A stretch of DNA of 64,000 nt from Mobula hypostoma (Eukaryota): positions 9,054,001 to 9,118,000 of the forward strand of contig NC_086101.1 in the NCBI RefSeq assembly GCF_963921235.1, read 5' to 3'. The first letter of the stretch is position 1. Every line of letters begins with the position of its first letter. A program made the translations under genes and the position numbers. Of this stretch, positions 25,800-37,161 are shown piece by piece. The notes beneath the pieces are model-generated. The model searched no databases and was not told the DNA's origin. It saw only the letters and a list, made by a program, of their open reading frames with translations.

Positions 25800-28520
25800 G
25801 GTTTAACTGGCCAAATATCTTTTTCCCAGGACTGGGGACTGAAGGACTAATTGGCATGAAGTGAGTTAACAGGAATCTGAGGCCAATGTTTTCACCTGGA
25901 GAGTGGTCAGCATAAGTCATAGGAAGTATTTCCCAGGGCAGCAATGGCTAATACCAGGGGGCATCATTTTCAGGAGAATGGAGGGAGGTCTGGGGGGTTG
26001 TCAGAGGTAGATTACTACACAGAGGTTGGTGGGCACGCAGAACGCTCTGAAAGAGTGGTGGTAGAGGCAGATACTTTCAGGGCATTGAAGATACTCAGAC
26101 AGGCACGTGGATGAAAGAAGAGTAGAGAGTTATGTGGAAGGGAAGGGTTATGTTTATCGTAGAGCAGGTTAAAATGTCAGCACTGCATCATTAGTCGAAG
26201 AGTCTGTACGGTGTTGTATTTATTGAGAGGAATGAAGACTCGATATTTTAGGCCAAGACCCTTCGTCGGTATTTCAGATGATCGCATCCTGATGGATGGT
26301 CTCGACCTGAGAAGCTGACTCTTTATTTGTCTCCATAGGTGCTGCCTGACCTGCTGAGTTCCTCCGTCATTTTGTGAGTTTTACTCTGGATTTCCAGTAT
26401 CTGCAGAATCTTGTGTATTCATACATAACAAACTGAAAACAACCAAAACGGCTCTTTTGTTTGGTGTTGTTTCTGTGATTAACATTGGCCAGGATGTTGG
26501 GGATGACCCTGTATTGCCCTCAATACCAGTACTCAAAGTTCAGTAAAATTCATTGTCAAAGTACCTATTTGTTACCATGTACTACCTTGAAATTCTTTTT
26601 CATGCCGGCATTTACAGGGCAATAAAGAAAGCAATAGAATTTATGAAAACTGTACATAAACAGAGACTGACAATGAATCAATGTGCAAAAGAAGATAAAT
26701 TGTTCAAATAAAGAAAAATATACTGAGAACATTACTTGCAAAGAGTTGTTGAAGGTGAGTCTGTAGGTTGTGGGATCGGTTCAGAGTTGTGGTGAGTGAG
26801 TTATCCACACCGGTTCAAGAGCCTGATGGTTGTAGGGTAACAGCTGTCCATGAACCTGGCGGTGTGGAACCTAAGGGTTCTGTATGTCCTGCTCGATGGG
26901 AGTGGTGAGAAGAGAGCATGGTGTGGATGGTTGGAGTCCTTGATGACGGTCGCTGCTTTCTTGTGGCTGAGCTCCATGTAAATGGGCTCATCGCTGAGGA
27001 TTAGAAAATTTGCAGATGATACCAGGATTGGGGGTGTAGTGGACAGCAAGGGAGACTATCAGAGCTTGCTGTGGGATCTGGTCCAGCTGAAAACTGGAAA
27101 ATGGCAGATGCAATTTAATGTGGACAATGGCAAGATATTGCACTTTGGTTGGACCTACCTGAGTGAGGAGTGCAGTAGAACAAAGAGATCTGGGAATACT
27201 GTCCAACATTCATTGAAAGTGGTGTCTCAGGTTGATTGGGTCGTAAGGAGAGCTTTAGGCGCATTGGCCTTCATAAACCAAAATATAGATTACAAGAGAT
27301 GGGATGTTATGTTGAAGTTGTATCAGATGTTTACGAGGCCTAATTTGGAGTATTGTGTGCAGTTTTTCCTACAGGAAAGATGTTAATAAGGTTGAAAGGG
27401 TACAGAAAAAATTGACAAGGATATCGCTGGGACTGGAGACCCCAAGTTATGAGGAAAGGTTGAAAGACTTTATTCCGTGGAATGTAGAAGATTGAGGGGA
27501 AATTTGATAGAGGTAAACAAAAGCCTGAGTGGTATAGGTAGGGTAAATGCAAGCAGGTTTTTTCCACTTTGGTTGGGTGGGATTACAACAAGGTCACTGG
27601 TAAGGGTGAAAGGTGGAAAGTTTAAGGGGAACATGAGGGGACACTTCTTCACTCAGGTTGTGAGAGTGTGGAACGAGCTGCCAGCACAAGAGGTGCATGC
27701 GAGCTCAATTTGAAGGTTTAAGAGAAGTTTGGATAGGTACATGGATGGCAGGCGTATGGAGGACTATGGTCCTGGTACAGGTCGATGGGAGGAGGCATTT
27801 CGAATTCTCTCCCCATCTAAATAGTAGTCTGCCCGAAATTTCCTCAAAGAATTGTAGTAGGTTTGTTAGGCAAGATTTTCCTTTCAGGAAACGATACTGG
27901 TTTTGGCCTACTTTGTCATGTGCCTCCAGGTACTTCGTAATCTCATCCCTAACTACCCATTCCAACAACTTCCCAACCACTGATGTCAGGCTAACAGGTC
28001 TAGTTTCCTTTCTGCTGCCTCCCACTCTCCTTAAATAGCAGCGTAACATTTCCAATTTTGCAGTCATCGGTACAACGGCAGAATCTATCAATTCTTGAAA
28101 GAGCATTGTTAATGCCTCCGCATTCTCTCCAGCTACTTCCTTCAGAACCCGAGGGTGCATTCCATCAGGTCCAGGAGATTTATCACCCTCAGACCATTAA
28201 GCTTTCTGAGAACCTTCTCAGTCGTAATTTTCACTGCACAAACTTCCTTCCCTGACACTCTTGAATGTTCGGTATACTGCAGATGTTGTCTTCCACTGTG
28301 AAGACTGTTGCAATATATGCATTCAGTTCCTCCGCCATCTCTGCATTTCTCATTGCAATATCTCCAGTGTCATTTTATATTGGGCCTATATCTACCCTCG
28401 ACTCTCTTTTACCCTTTATATACTTTGAAAAAGCTTTTAGTATCTTCTTTGATGTTCATCATAATTCATCTTTTCCTTCTGACTGTCCTTCTTATTTTCC
28501 TTCTGCAAGTTTTTAAAACA
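25800..28520. mobile_element. Patchwork of decayed CR1 (25800-26220 +, 26990-27800 +, 27815-28520 -), Penelope repeat (26230-26420) and Rex-type (26530-26980 -) fragments
   Basis: KFADDTRIGGVVDS, RPNLEYCVQF, HPRVLKEVA, HHALFSPLPSSRTYR motifs. Confidence 0.75.
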
Positions 28521-28529
28521 CTTTGAACC

Positions 28530-28860
28530 ACTACCGTCAGTAATAGGTACAGGAGCATCAGGACTAGGACTGCCAGACTGGGTGTCAGCCACTTCCCTCA
28601 GGCTGTGAGACTAATGAATACCCTGCCACCACCAAGGTCTCGTCACTGGGACAAAAAGCCATTTGCTGTTCACCTGTGCTGGGGTTTATTGCATGCATTT
28701 TGAATTAGATTTTATAAACTTCATTGTAATATAATATTTTTGTTAATGTGCTGTGTGTGATATATGTATTTGTGGATGCAGCGTGGTCTGGAAGAATGTT
28801 ATTTTGTTTGGTTGTATATATGTCGAGTCAGCTGATATGAAACTTGAACTTGAAATTGAA
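28530..28860 (+). mobile_element. Rex-type LINE 3' end with (AACTTG)n tail; second copy at ~29995-30325
   Basis: Shared GTGAGACTAATGA..CCCTGCCACCAC block and AACTTGAACTTGA tail in both copies. Confidence 0.65.
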
Positions 28861-28869
28861 GGGAAATCC

Positions 28870-29360
28870 CAGACTTCTCTGGTCCCCTGAGGAGGAAGAG
28901 GCCCTGGGGCACTTTCTTGGCCGTATTCCCTGCACCATAAATACCTTCTACTGATTTCATTCGGTTACAAAAGTTTTCTCAAGCTTGCTTCACCGTCTCT
29001 GGGGACAAAAATCTGGTTTGTCTGACTCTCCCAGCTACTGTCAGTCACCACAAGGGGGCGATGAGGGACCGTTCTGCACATTGTCACGTTGGATTCGGCT
29101 CGACAACAGCGGGTCTGGGAGGCGACCTTGAAGGGAAGCCCCCTCCGAGTCTGACTGTGTCTGGGGGTTGAGGAGGGGGTGTTGGGTTTGCACCACAGGA
29201 AGTCGGCAATAGCGAAGCACCCTTAGTAAGTCAAGCCTGTCAGTAGGAAACTGCTGATGATGGGTTCCTAAAGCGAGAAAACGAGACGCCGACAACTGCG
29301 GATGATCCGCTATGTAGACGATGCACAGGGCAATTACAGTAGATAATTACAAATTCTGGT
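28870..29360 (+). promoter_or_regulatory. Duplicated non-coding module, copy 1 (CTCF, GTCACGT, ETS and GTAAGT motifs)
   Basis: Colinear with 46280-46780; CCACAAGGGGGCG at 29048-29060, CAGGAAGT, GTAAGT at 29226. Homology is direct, function is inferred. Confidence 0.55.
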
Positions 29361-29736
29361 AATTACTCATCCTTTACTCTCCTCTCATTTTCCACTTCAC
29401 GCACCTGAAAATTGACTGATTCCACAACCTAGGGACTCACTTTCAAGGAATCGACAACTCGTTCTCAGTGTTATTTATTACATATTTATTTATTAATAGC
29501 AATTGTTTCTTCTTGTAGTCACACAGTTTGTCTTCTTCTGAACATTGATTATATGTTGTTTGTTTGTGTGGAGTTTTTCATTGATTCTATTGTGTTTCTT
29601 TGTGTCTACTGTAAATGACTTCAAGAAAATGAATGTCAGGGTGATGAAAATGTACTTTGGTAATAGTTTTGCTTTGAACTGAGCTCCTCCAGCATGTTTT
29701 GTGTGTTGTCAGGATTTTCAGCATCTGCAAGATCTC

Positions 29737-30832
29737 AAGAACAATAAGACCATGAGGCACGGCCACAGAATGAGGCCATTCAGTCAATCGAGTCTGCTCT
29801 GCCTTTCGATGCTGATCCAGAAGAAATAAGCTGCAAGGCCTCAGGCCACAAAGCCCTACAGGAGGATAGTAAAGACTGCCAAGAGGATCACTGGGGTCTC
29901 CCCCTGCCCCCGGGTTGTTACATTTACCGGGAGGGTTGAACAGAAAGTGACCAAAGCATTGTTGAGGAACACCACCACCACAATCTCTTCGACCCACGAC
30001 CACCAGGAAGGAGATGCAGGAGCAGGAGGATAGAAATGCCAGACGGGTAACAATTTCTACCCTCAGTTTGTGAGACTAATGACGACCCTGCCACCACTAA
30101 GGTCTTGTCACTAGGACAGCGAGCTGTTCAGTATTTACCTGTGCTGCACACTTGATATGCATTTTGAATGATAGTTTATTATCTTATTTGTGGTGGTAAT
30201 ATTTTGTTTTATGCGCTGTGTGTGATATATGTTTTGTGGGTGCTCCATGGTCTGGAAGAACATTGATTCGTTTGTGTTTATGAACAGTCAGATGACAGTA
30301 AACTTGAACTTGAGCTTGAGCTTGATCATGGCCGATGTACTTTCCATCTCAACCCCCGTTCTTCTGCCTTCTCCCAGTAAACTTGACAACCTTGTTAACC
30401 TATTACCCCCTGCTTAAAATACACCCAACGGCTTGGCCTCCATAGGCATCAGTACCAATGGATTCCACAGATTCACCATCCTCTCCTAAACACATCCCTC
30501 CTCATCTCTGTTGTAAATGGATATCCTTTTATTCTGAGGCTGTGCCCTCTGGTCATAGACTCTCCCACTACAGGAAACATCCTGACGACGTTCACTGCAC
30601 CTCGGCCTTTCAGTATTTGATAGGTTTCATTGGGATTCCCCTCCCCCCTCTCCATTCCTCTGAAGCCCAGCAAGTAGAGACCCTCTTCAGATATTAACCC
30701 CTTCATACCCTGCATCATTCTGATGAACCTCCTCTGGACCTACTCCAACGCCAGTAGATCCTTTCTAAGATATGGTGCCTAAAACTGCTCCCAATACACC
30801 AAATGTGGACCGACCGATGATTTATAAAGGTT
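29737..30832 (-). mobile_element. CR1 3' fragment interrupted by a Rex-type piece and cut at the Gypsy LTR
   Basis: CAATAAGACCATGAG tail; minus ORF RMFPVVGESMTRGHSLRIKG. Confidence 0.75.
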
Positions 30833-31109
30833 TGTGGCGACCCACTTTCTAGCACACACGAACCGGCACGCGCCGGCAGAGAGGTCGGCCCCAAAAAGGG
30901 CGCCAGGCCATCTTCACCAGCAGGGAGAAAAACCCGCGCGCGGGAAGGGTCTGGGAATATGCATTCCCCACAGCAGTCCCGCTCCAGGGAGGGCGGGAAC
31001 GGGAAGGCTTTAAAGGAGGCCGCGAAGTTTGAATAAATCTCTTTTATCGCAACTACAACTCACCAACTATGTGTTGTTATTCAAGCGCTAAGTGTAGCAC
31101 ACCGCTACA
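30833..31109 (+). repeat. Gypsy 5' LTR (277 bp)
   Basis: TGTGGCG...CGCTACA with terminal inverted repeat; TTTAAA and AATAAA inside; homologous to 34926-35212. Confidence 0.95.
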
Positions 31110-31111
31110 AT

Positions 31112-31125
31112 TGTTGACCCCGACG
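31112..31125 (+). promoter_or_regulatory. Primer-binding site, tRNA-Trp type
   Basis: TGTTGACCCCGACG, one mismatch to TGGTGACCCCGACG (complement of the tRNA-Trp 3' end), 2 nt after the LTR. Confidence 0.85.
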
Positions 31126-31149
31126 GTCCAAACGATATTTGGACCAGAG

Positions 31150-34100
31150 ATGACCGACGCCGCATTTGTTCATGCAGTTTCGTTAAAACTGCCAAGCTTC
31201 TGGACGCTGCGACTACGCCTATGGTTCGAACAAGCTGAAGCCCAATTCCACATTCGGCAGATAACCTCGGAGTTCACTCGCTACTACTACGTGCTGAGCT
31301 CCCTCGACCAGGAGACAGCTGCACAAGTTGAGGAGTTTATACAGTCGCCCCCGGAGGACGGCAAATACACAGCATTCAAAGCCCTGCTCATAAGGACTTT
31401 CGGACTCTCACGGCACGAACGAGCACGCCGCTTAATGAACCTGGATGGTTTGGGAGACAGGCCGCCGTCAGCATTAATGAACGAGATGCTGGCCCTGGCT
31501 GAAGGACACAAACCCTGCCTCATGTTTGAGCAGGCGTTCCTAGAGCAACTACCCGAAGACATAAGCCTGCTGCTGTCCGATGCAGATTTCAGCGACCCCC
31601 GGGAGGGGGCGGCCCGAGCAGATGTGCTGTGGAATGTCAGGAAAGAGAGAGGGGCGTCGTTGCACAGATCTCAAGCCGCGTTCCCAACGGCAGACCAGAC
31701 CAGGCCCGGCCCGGCAGCAGAGACTACAAAACCCGGCGACGGGAGTGAGGAGCCCAACGAACAATGGTGCTTCTACCACCAGCGGTGGGGCACAAAGGCC
31801 CGCCGCTGTAGACCGCCCTGCAAATTTCCCGGGAAACGCCAGGGCCAGCCGCCGCTGATGGCCACAGCGGCTGGCCATCATTACAGCCTCCTGTATGTCT
31901 GGGACAAGCAGTCGGGACGCCGCTTTTTGTTCGACACCGGAGAGGAGTTCAGCGTTTTACCTCCAACGAGTTACGACACCCGCAACAGAGAACCGGAACC
32001 CACCCTGAGGACCGCAAATGGCAGCAAAATACGGACGTACGGCACCCGCACGGAGCGGCTACAGTTCAGCTCCAGCCGGTTCACGTGGGACTTCACACTG
32101 GCCTCCGTGGCCCAACCACTCCTGGGGGGCGGATTTTCTGCGAGCTCACAGCCTGTTGGTCGACTTGCAAGGGAAGCGATTAGTCTACGCCAAGACTTTT
32201 CAAACGTTCTACCTGGGTGAAGCACAGTTGCCAGCCCCACACCTGGACTCCATCACGCTGTCCGACGACGAATTCACCATGGTCCTGGCGGATTTCCCAT
32301 CAGTTCTGACACCGCAGTTCACGGCAGCCATGCCCAGACACGGCATACAGCACCACATCCCGACCCAGGGACCACCCCTCCACGCCCGTGCTCGAAGGCT
32401 TCCCCCGGACAAGCTCCGACTGGCGAAGGAGGAGTTCAGAAAGATGGAGGAATTGGGGATCTTACGACTGTCCGACAGCCCATGGGCCTCCCCGCTGCAC
32501 ATGGTGCCCAAGACAACGGGGGGCTGGAGACCATGCGGCGACTACTGCAGACTGAATGAGGCTACAACGCCAGACCGCTATCTTTTGCCGCACATTAAAG
32601 ACTTTGCTGCAAATCTACACGGCGCAAGGATCTTTTCCAATGTAGACCACGTCCGGGGGAACCATCAAGTCCCGGTACATCCGGACGACATCCCCAAAAC
32701 AGCACTTATCACCCCGTTCAGCCTTTTCGAATTCCTCTGAATGCCGTTCGGCCTGAAGATTGCCGCACAGACTTTCCAGCGGCTAATGGACGCGGTGGGA
32801 CGCGACCTAGACTTTGCATTCATCTATTTGGACGACATCCTCATAACCAGCAGTAGTCGTCAGGAACATCTGTTCCACCTCCGCCAGCTCTACGCCCGAC
32901 TGAGCGTATTCGGCCTTACAATCAACCCAGCCAAATGCCAGTTCGGACTCAACACCATCGACTTCCTGGGCCACAGGATTACTAAAGTCGGGGCAACCCC
33001 TCTGCCCGCCAAGGTAGACGTGGTCCGCCACTTCCCCCGACCCAACACAATCAAAGGCCTGCAGGAATTCGTGGGTATGGTGAATTTCTACCACTGTTTC
33101 CTCCCCTCAGCAGCCCGATCATACGCCCCCTGTTCAGTCTAATGTCGGGTAAGGGCAAGGACATTACCTGGGACGAAGAGGCCGCAGCCGCTTTCGTTAA
33201 AACCAAAGAAGCGTTGGCAAACGCCGCGATGCTAGTGCACCCCAGAACGGACGTTCCTACTGCCCTCATGGTGGACGCATCCAACACAGCAGTCGGTGGA
33301 GTGCTGGAACAACTCATCGAGGGTCGCTGGCAACCCCTGGCGTTCTTCAGCAAACACCTACGACCACCCGAAGTCAAATACAGTGTTTTCGACCGGGAGC
33401 TATTGGCACTATACCTGGCAATCCGGCATTTCAGGTACTTCTTAGAAGGTAGGCCTTTCATCGCGTTCACGGACCACAAACCGCTTACCTTTGCGTTCAC
33501 TAAGGTGTCCGACCCCTGGTCGTCCCGTCAGCAGCGACATCTGTCCTACAACTCCGAATACACGACGGACATCCGGCATGTCTCTGGAAAGGACAACTTT
33601 GTGGAGGACGCACTATCCAGACCTACCATACAGGCCCTGTCCCAGGGGGTGGACTATGCAGCGCTGGCGGAAGCACAGCAGGCAGATGATGAGATCGGTA
33701 GTTACAGAACTGCGGTCTCCGGTTTGCAGCTCCAAGACCTCCCCGTAACCCAGGTGAGAGGACCCTACTGTGTGACGTAGCTACCGGCCAACCCCGCCCC
33801 GTCGTCCCAGCAGCCTGGCGGCGGCGAATATTCGATTGCATTCACAACTTTGCGCACCCCTCCATCTGAACAATCATCCGGCTGGTCGCCAACAGGTTCG
33901 TGTGGCATGGGCATCGTAAACAGCTCAGTGAATGGGCCAAAATGTGCATGCAGTGCCAACCGAACAAGGTGCAGCGGCACACCAAGGCTCCGCCGCAGCA
34001 GTTCGAACCCACTCGCCGGAGGTTCCACCACACTCATGTGGATATCGTGGGGCCCCTGCCAGTGTCACGAGGAGCGCAGTACCTCCTAATTATGATAGGC

Positions 34101-34900
34101 CGGTTCACCAGATGGCCAGAGGCAGTCCCGCTCACCGACACCACCTCCGATTCCTGCGCCCGAGAACTGATCGCAACCTGGGTAGCACGCTTTGGGGTAC
34201 CAGCCCACATTACCTCCGACAGGGGCGCCCAGTTCACCTCCAGCCGGTGGTCAGCTATGGCCAACCTTTTAGGATCGCAGCTACAACACACAACTGCCCA
34301 TCACCCACAGTCGTACGGACTAGTGGAGCATTTCCACCGTCACCTGAAGTCGGCTCTCTTGGCCCGCCTGGTACGGCCTAACTGGGTGGACAAACTTCCC
34401 TGGGTCCTGCTCAGAATTCGCACGGCGCCCAAAGAGGATCTGCACACCTCGTCGGCCGAGTTGGTGTACGGCGCACCCCTGGTAGTCGCGGGAGAGTTCA
34501 TACTGGCCCCAAGGGGGCAAGAGGAGGAACCCGCAGCAGTTCTGGACAGACTACGGGAGAGGCTCGGTAATCTGGCCCCCATACCCACTTCACAGCACGG
34601 ACAGAGCCCGACCTGCGTACCCAAAGACCTACAGAACTGTAAGTTTCTTTTTGTAGGACGGGGCGGACCCGGGAACCGCTACAGCGGCCCTACGAGGGGC
34701 CGTTTAAGGTGATTAGGAACAACGGGTCCACGTTCATGCTGGACATTGGGGGGAGAGAGGAGGTTTTCACAGCAGACCGACTCAAACCGGCCCATGTGGA
34801 CTTGGCGCAGCCGGTCCGGGCTCAGGCACCGCGGCGCCGAGGCAGACCTCTCAAACAGAGGCCGAACCAGACTGTGGACACCGGGGGATGTATCGCCGGT
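31150..34900 (+). pseudogene. Gypsy gag-pol with multiple frameshifts and stops
   Basis: ATG at 31150 (MTDAAFVHAVSLKLPSFW); domains spread over ORFs starting 31069, 32018, 32741, 33142, 33900 and 34709. Confidence 0.92.
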
Positions 34901-34903
34901 TCT

Positions 34904-34925
34904 GGGGGGGGGGGGGGAGGGGTTA
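34904..34925 (+). promoter_or_regulatory. Polypurine tract
   Basis: Long G run plus AGGGGTTA immediately before the 3' LTR. Confidence 0.85.
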
Positions 34926-35212
34926 TGTGGTGACCCACTTTCCAGCGCACTCGAACCGGCTCACAAAACGGTGCGCGCCGGCAGAGAGGCCGGCCCCAAA
35001 AAGGGCGCCAGGCCATCTTCACCAGCAGGGGGAATACCCGCGCGCGGGAAGGGTCTGCGATTATGCATTCCCCATAGCAGTCCCGCCCAGGGAGGGCGGG
35101 AACGGGAAGGCTTTAAAGGAGGCTGCGAAGTCTGAATAAACATCTTTTTTCGCAACTACAACTCACCGACTACATATCGTTACTCTAGCGCTGTGTGTAG
35201 CACACCACTACA
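34926..35212 (+). repeat. Gypsy 3' LTR (287 bp)
   Basis: TGTGGTG...CACTACA; roughly 90% identical to the 5' LTR by hand alignment, plus a ~12-nt indel. Confidence 0.95.
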
Positions 35213-36137
35213 ATGCCTTCCATAAATGCGTGGCCGAAGCATTGGAGCAGGGAGCAGGGATTGAGATTTTTGGATCATTGGGACCTGTCCTGGGGCAGGT
35301 GTGACCTGCACAATAAGGACAGGTGGCACTTGAATCCGCAGATGACCGATATGCGGGTGGGGAGGTTTGCTGATGCTATTGGGGAGGGTTTAAACTAGAT
35401 TTGCAGGCGGGTGGGAACCGAAGTGAAGAGGCAGAGGTTGGGGAGGTTGGAGCACAAGGAGAGACAGCTTGTAGGGAGTTTGTGAAGAGAGGCTGTACTT
35501 AATCTGGTATTGGGAAAGGAACCTGGTCAGATGTCAGATCTCTTGGACAGCATTTTGGAGGTAGTGACCACAACCCTGTCTCCTTCACCACAGCGCTGGA
35601 GAGGGATAAGAACAGACAATTTGGGAAAACATTTAATTGGTGAAGGGAGAAATATGATGCTATTAGGCAGGAACTTGTGAGCATCCATTTGGAGCAGATG
35701 TTCTCAGGGAAACGAACGGCAGAAAAGTAGCAAATGTTCAGGTAACATTTGTATAGAGTTCTGCATAGGTATGTTCCATTGAGGCAGGGAAAGGGTGGCA
35801 GGGTTAAAGAACCATGGTGTACAAAGGATGCAGAAAATCTAGTTAAGAAGAAAGGAAAAGCTTGTGAAAGGTTCAAGAAACTAGGTACTGTTAGAGCTCT
35901 AGGAAATTACAAATTTGCTAGGAAGGAGCTTAAGAATGGAATTAGGAGAGCCAGAAGGCACCACGAGAAGGCCTTGGTGAGCAGGATTAAGGAAACCCCC
36001 AAGGCATTCTAGAAGTATGTGAAGAGAAAGAGAATGAGCCATGTGAGAATAGGACCAATCAGGTGCGATACTGGAAACATGTGCATGGGGTCGGAGAAGG
36101 TACCAGAGGTATTAATGAATACTTTGCTTCAGTATTC
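35213..36137 (+). mobile_element. CR1 element A (outer host), left part
   Basis: INAW..GLRFLDHWD (ORF1 end) and linker ..EYFASVF, continuing as VFTREKD at 44617. Confidence 0.85.
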
Positions 36138-37065
36138 TTTTGGATCGGGACTACAGAGCGTCGTGGGAGCTGAATTCTGAAGGAAGGCAGTTTTTTAAAA
36201 AAAACTTCGAGTGCAAGACGGGCGAAACTGCGCAGGCGCGTGACGTCAACAGGACCGCGCGGAGAGTTTAAAAAGGAGACCACCCTATACAGCGGGCAGC
36301 AGAGTGAGTGGGAGCAGAGTGTAGGGCTTTGGCCTCAACGGGCTTCGGCGGTAAAAGGGAAGAGACGAGAGCGAAGCGCCAACTCTTTTTTTTTCCTCCC
36401 CCCCTCCGCCCTACATTTCGCGAATCGGCCCGGACAGACAGGAACAGCAGGGCTCTCACAGGTAATGGTATGAGCTAACGGTTTAAAAAGTTCGTCTGTT
36501 TGGCGAGGTAAGTAGGTGAGTAGACTTATTTTTCCTGTTTCATTCCTGTAGAATTAGATAGCATGCCTACAGGGTTAGTGCTTTGTTCAGGGTGTCAGAT
36601 GTGGGAATCCTGGGAGACCTCCAGCCTCCCTGATGGCCACATCTGCGCCAGGTGCACCGAGATGCAGCTTCTCAGAGACCGTGGTAGGGATCTGGAGCTG
36701 CAGCTTGGTGACCTACTGCTTATCAGGGAAAGTGAAGAGGTGATAGACAGGAGCTACAGGGAGGTAGTCATCCCTAGGCTACAGGAGTCAGAAAACTGGG
36801 TCACTGTCAGGAGAGGGAAGGGGAATGCCCGGATAGTGGATAGCACCCCTGTGGCTGTCTCCCTCAGCAACAAATATCTTGATCTGGATGCTGTTGAGGG
36901 GGATGACCTGACAGGGGACGCCCACGGTGACCGGGTCTCTGGCACTGAGCCTGGCGCTGTTGTGCAGGAGGGAAGAAGGGAGAAGAGAATTGCGGTAGTC
37001 GTAGGGGATTCCATTGGCAGGGGAACGGACAGGAGATTCTGTGAGCCTGATAGAGATACCCGCAT
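36138..37065 (+). mobile_element. CR1 element B, 5'UTR and ORF1 N-terminal half
   Basis: Follows TSD AGTATTC (36131-36137); CpG-rich leader; ATG 36563 MPTGLVLCSGCQMWE..ICARC..VVVGDSI; joins in frame (DTR-MLCCLPG) to 41089. Confidence 0.9.
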
Positions 37066-37161
37066 AGAAACATAGAAACATAGAAAATAGGTGCAGGAGT
37101 AGGCCATTCGGCCCTTCGAGCCTGCACCGCCATTTATTATGATCATGGCTGATCATCCAAC

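Larger units (their letters stand above)
30833..35212 (+). mobile_element. Ty3/Gypsy LTR retrotransposon, CsRn1-like, both LTRs present, coding region disrupted
   Basis: TG..CA LTRs, PBS, PPT; Gag LKLPSFW and CHCC; protease FLFDTG; RT SPWASPLHMVPK, MPFGL, IYLDDIL; RNase H VDASN, DRELLA, FTDHKPL; integrase HVDIVGPLP, SDRGAQF, in Gypsy order. Confidence 0.96.

Noticed and set aside
29270..29290. ISRE-like GAAAACGAGAC in the duplicated module
   Set aside because: Imperfect match and not conserved in the second copy.
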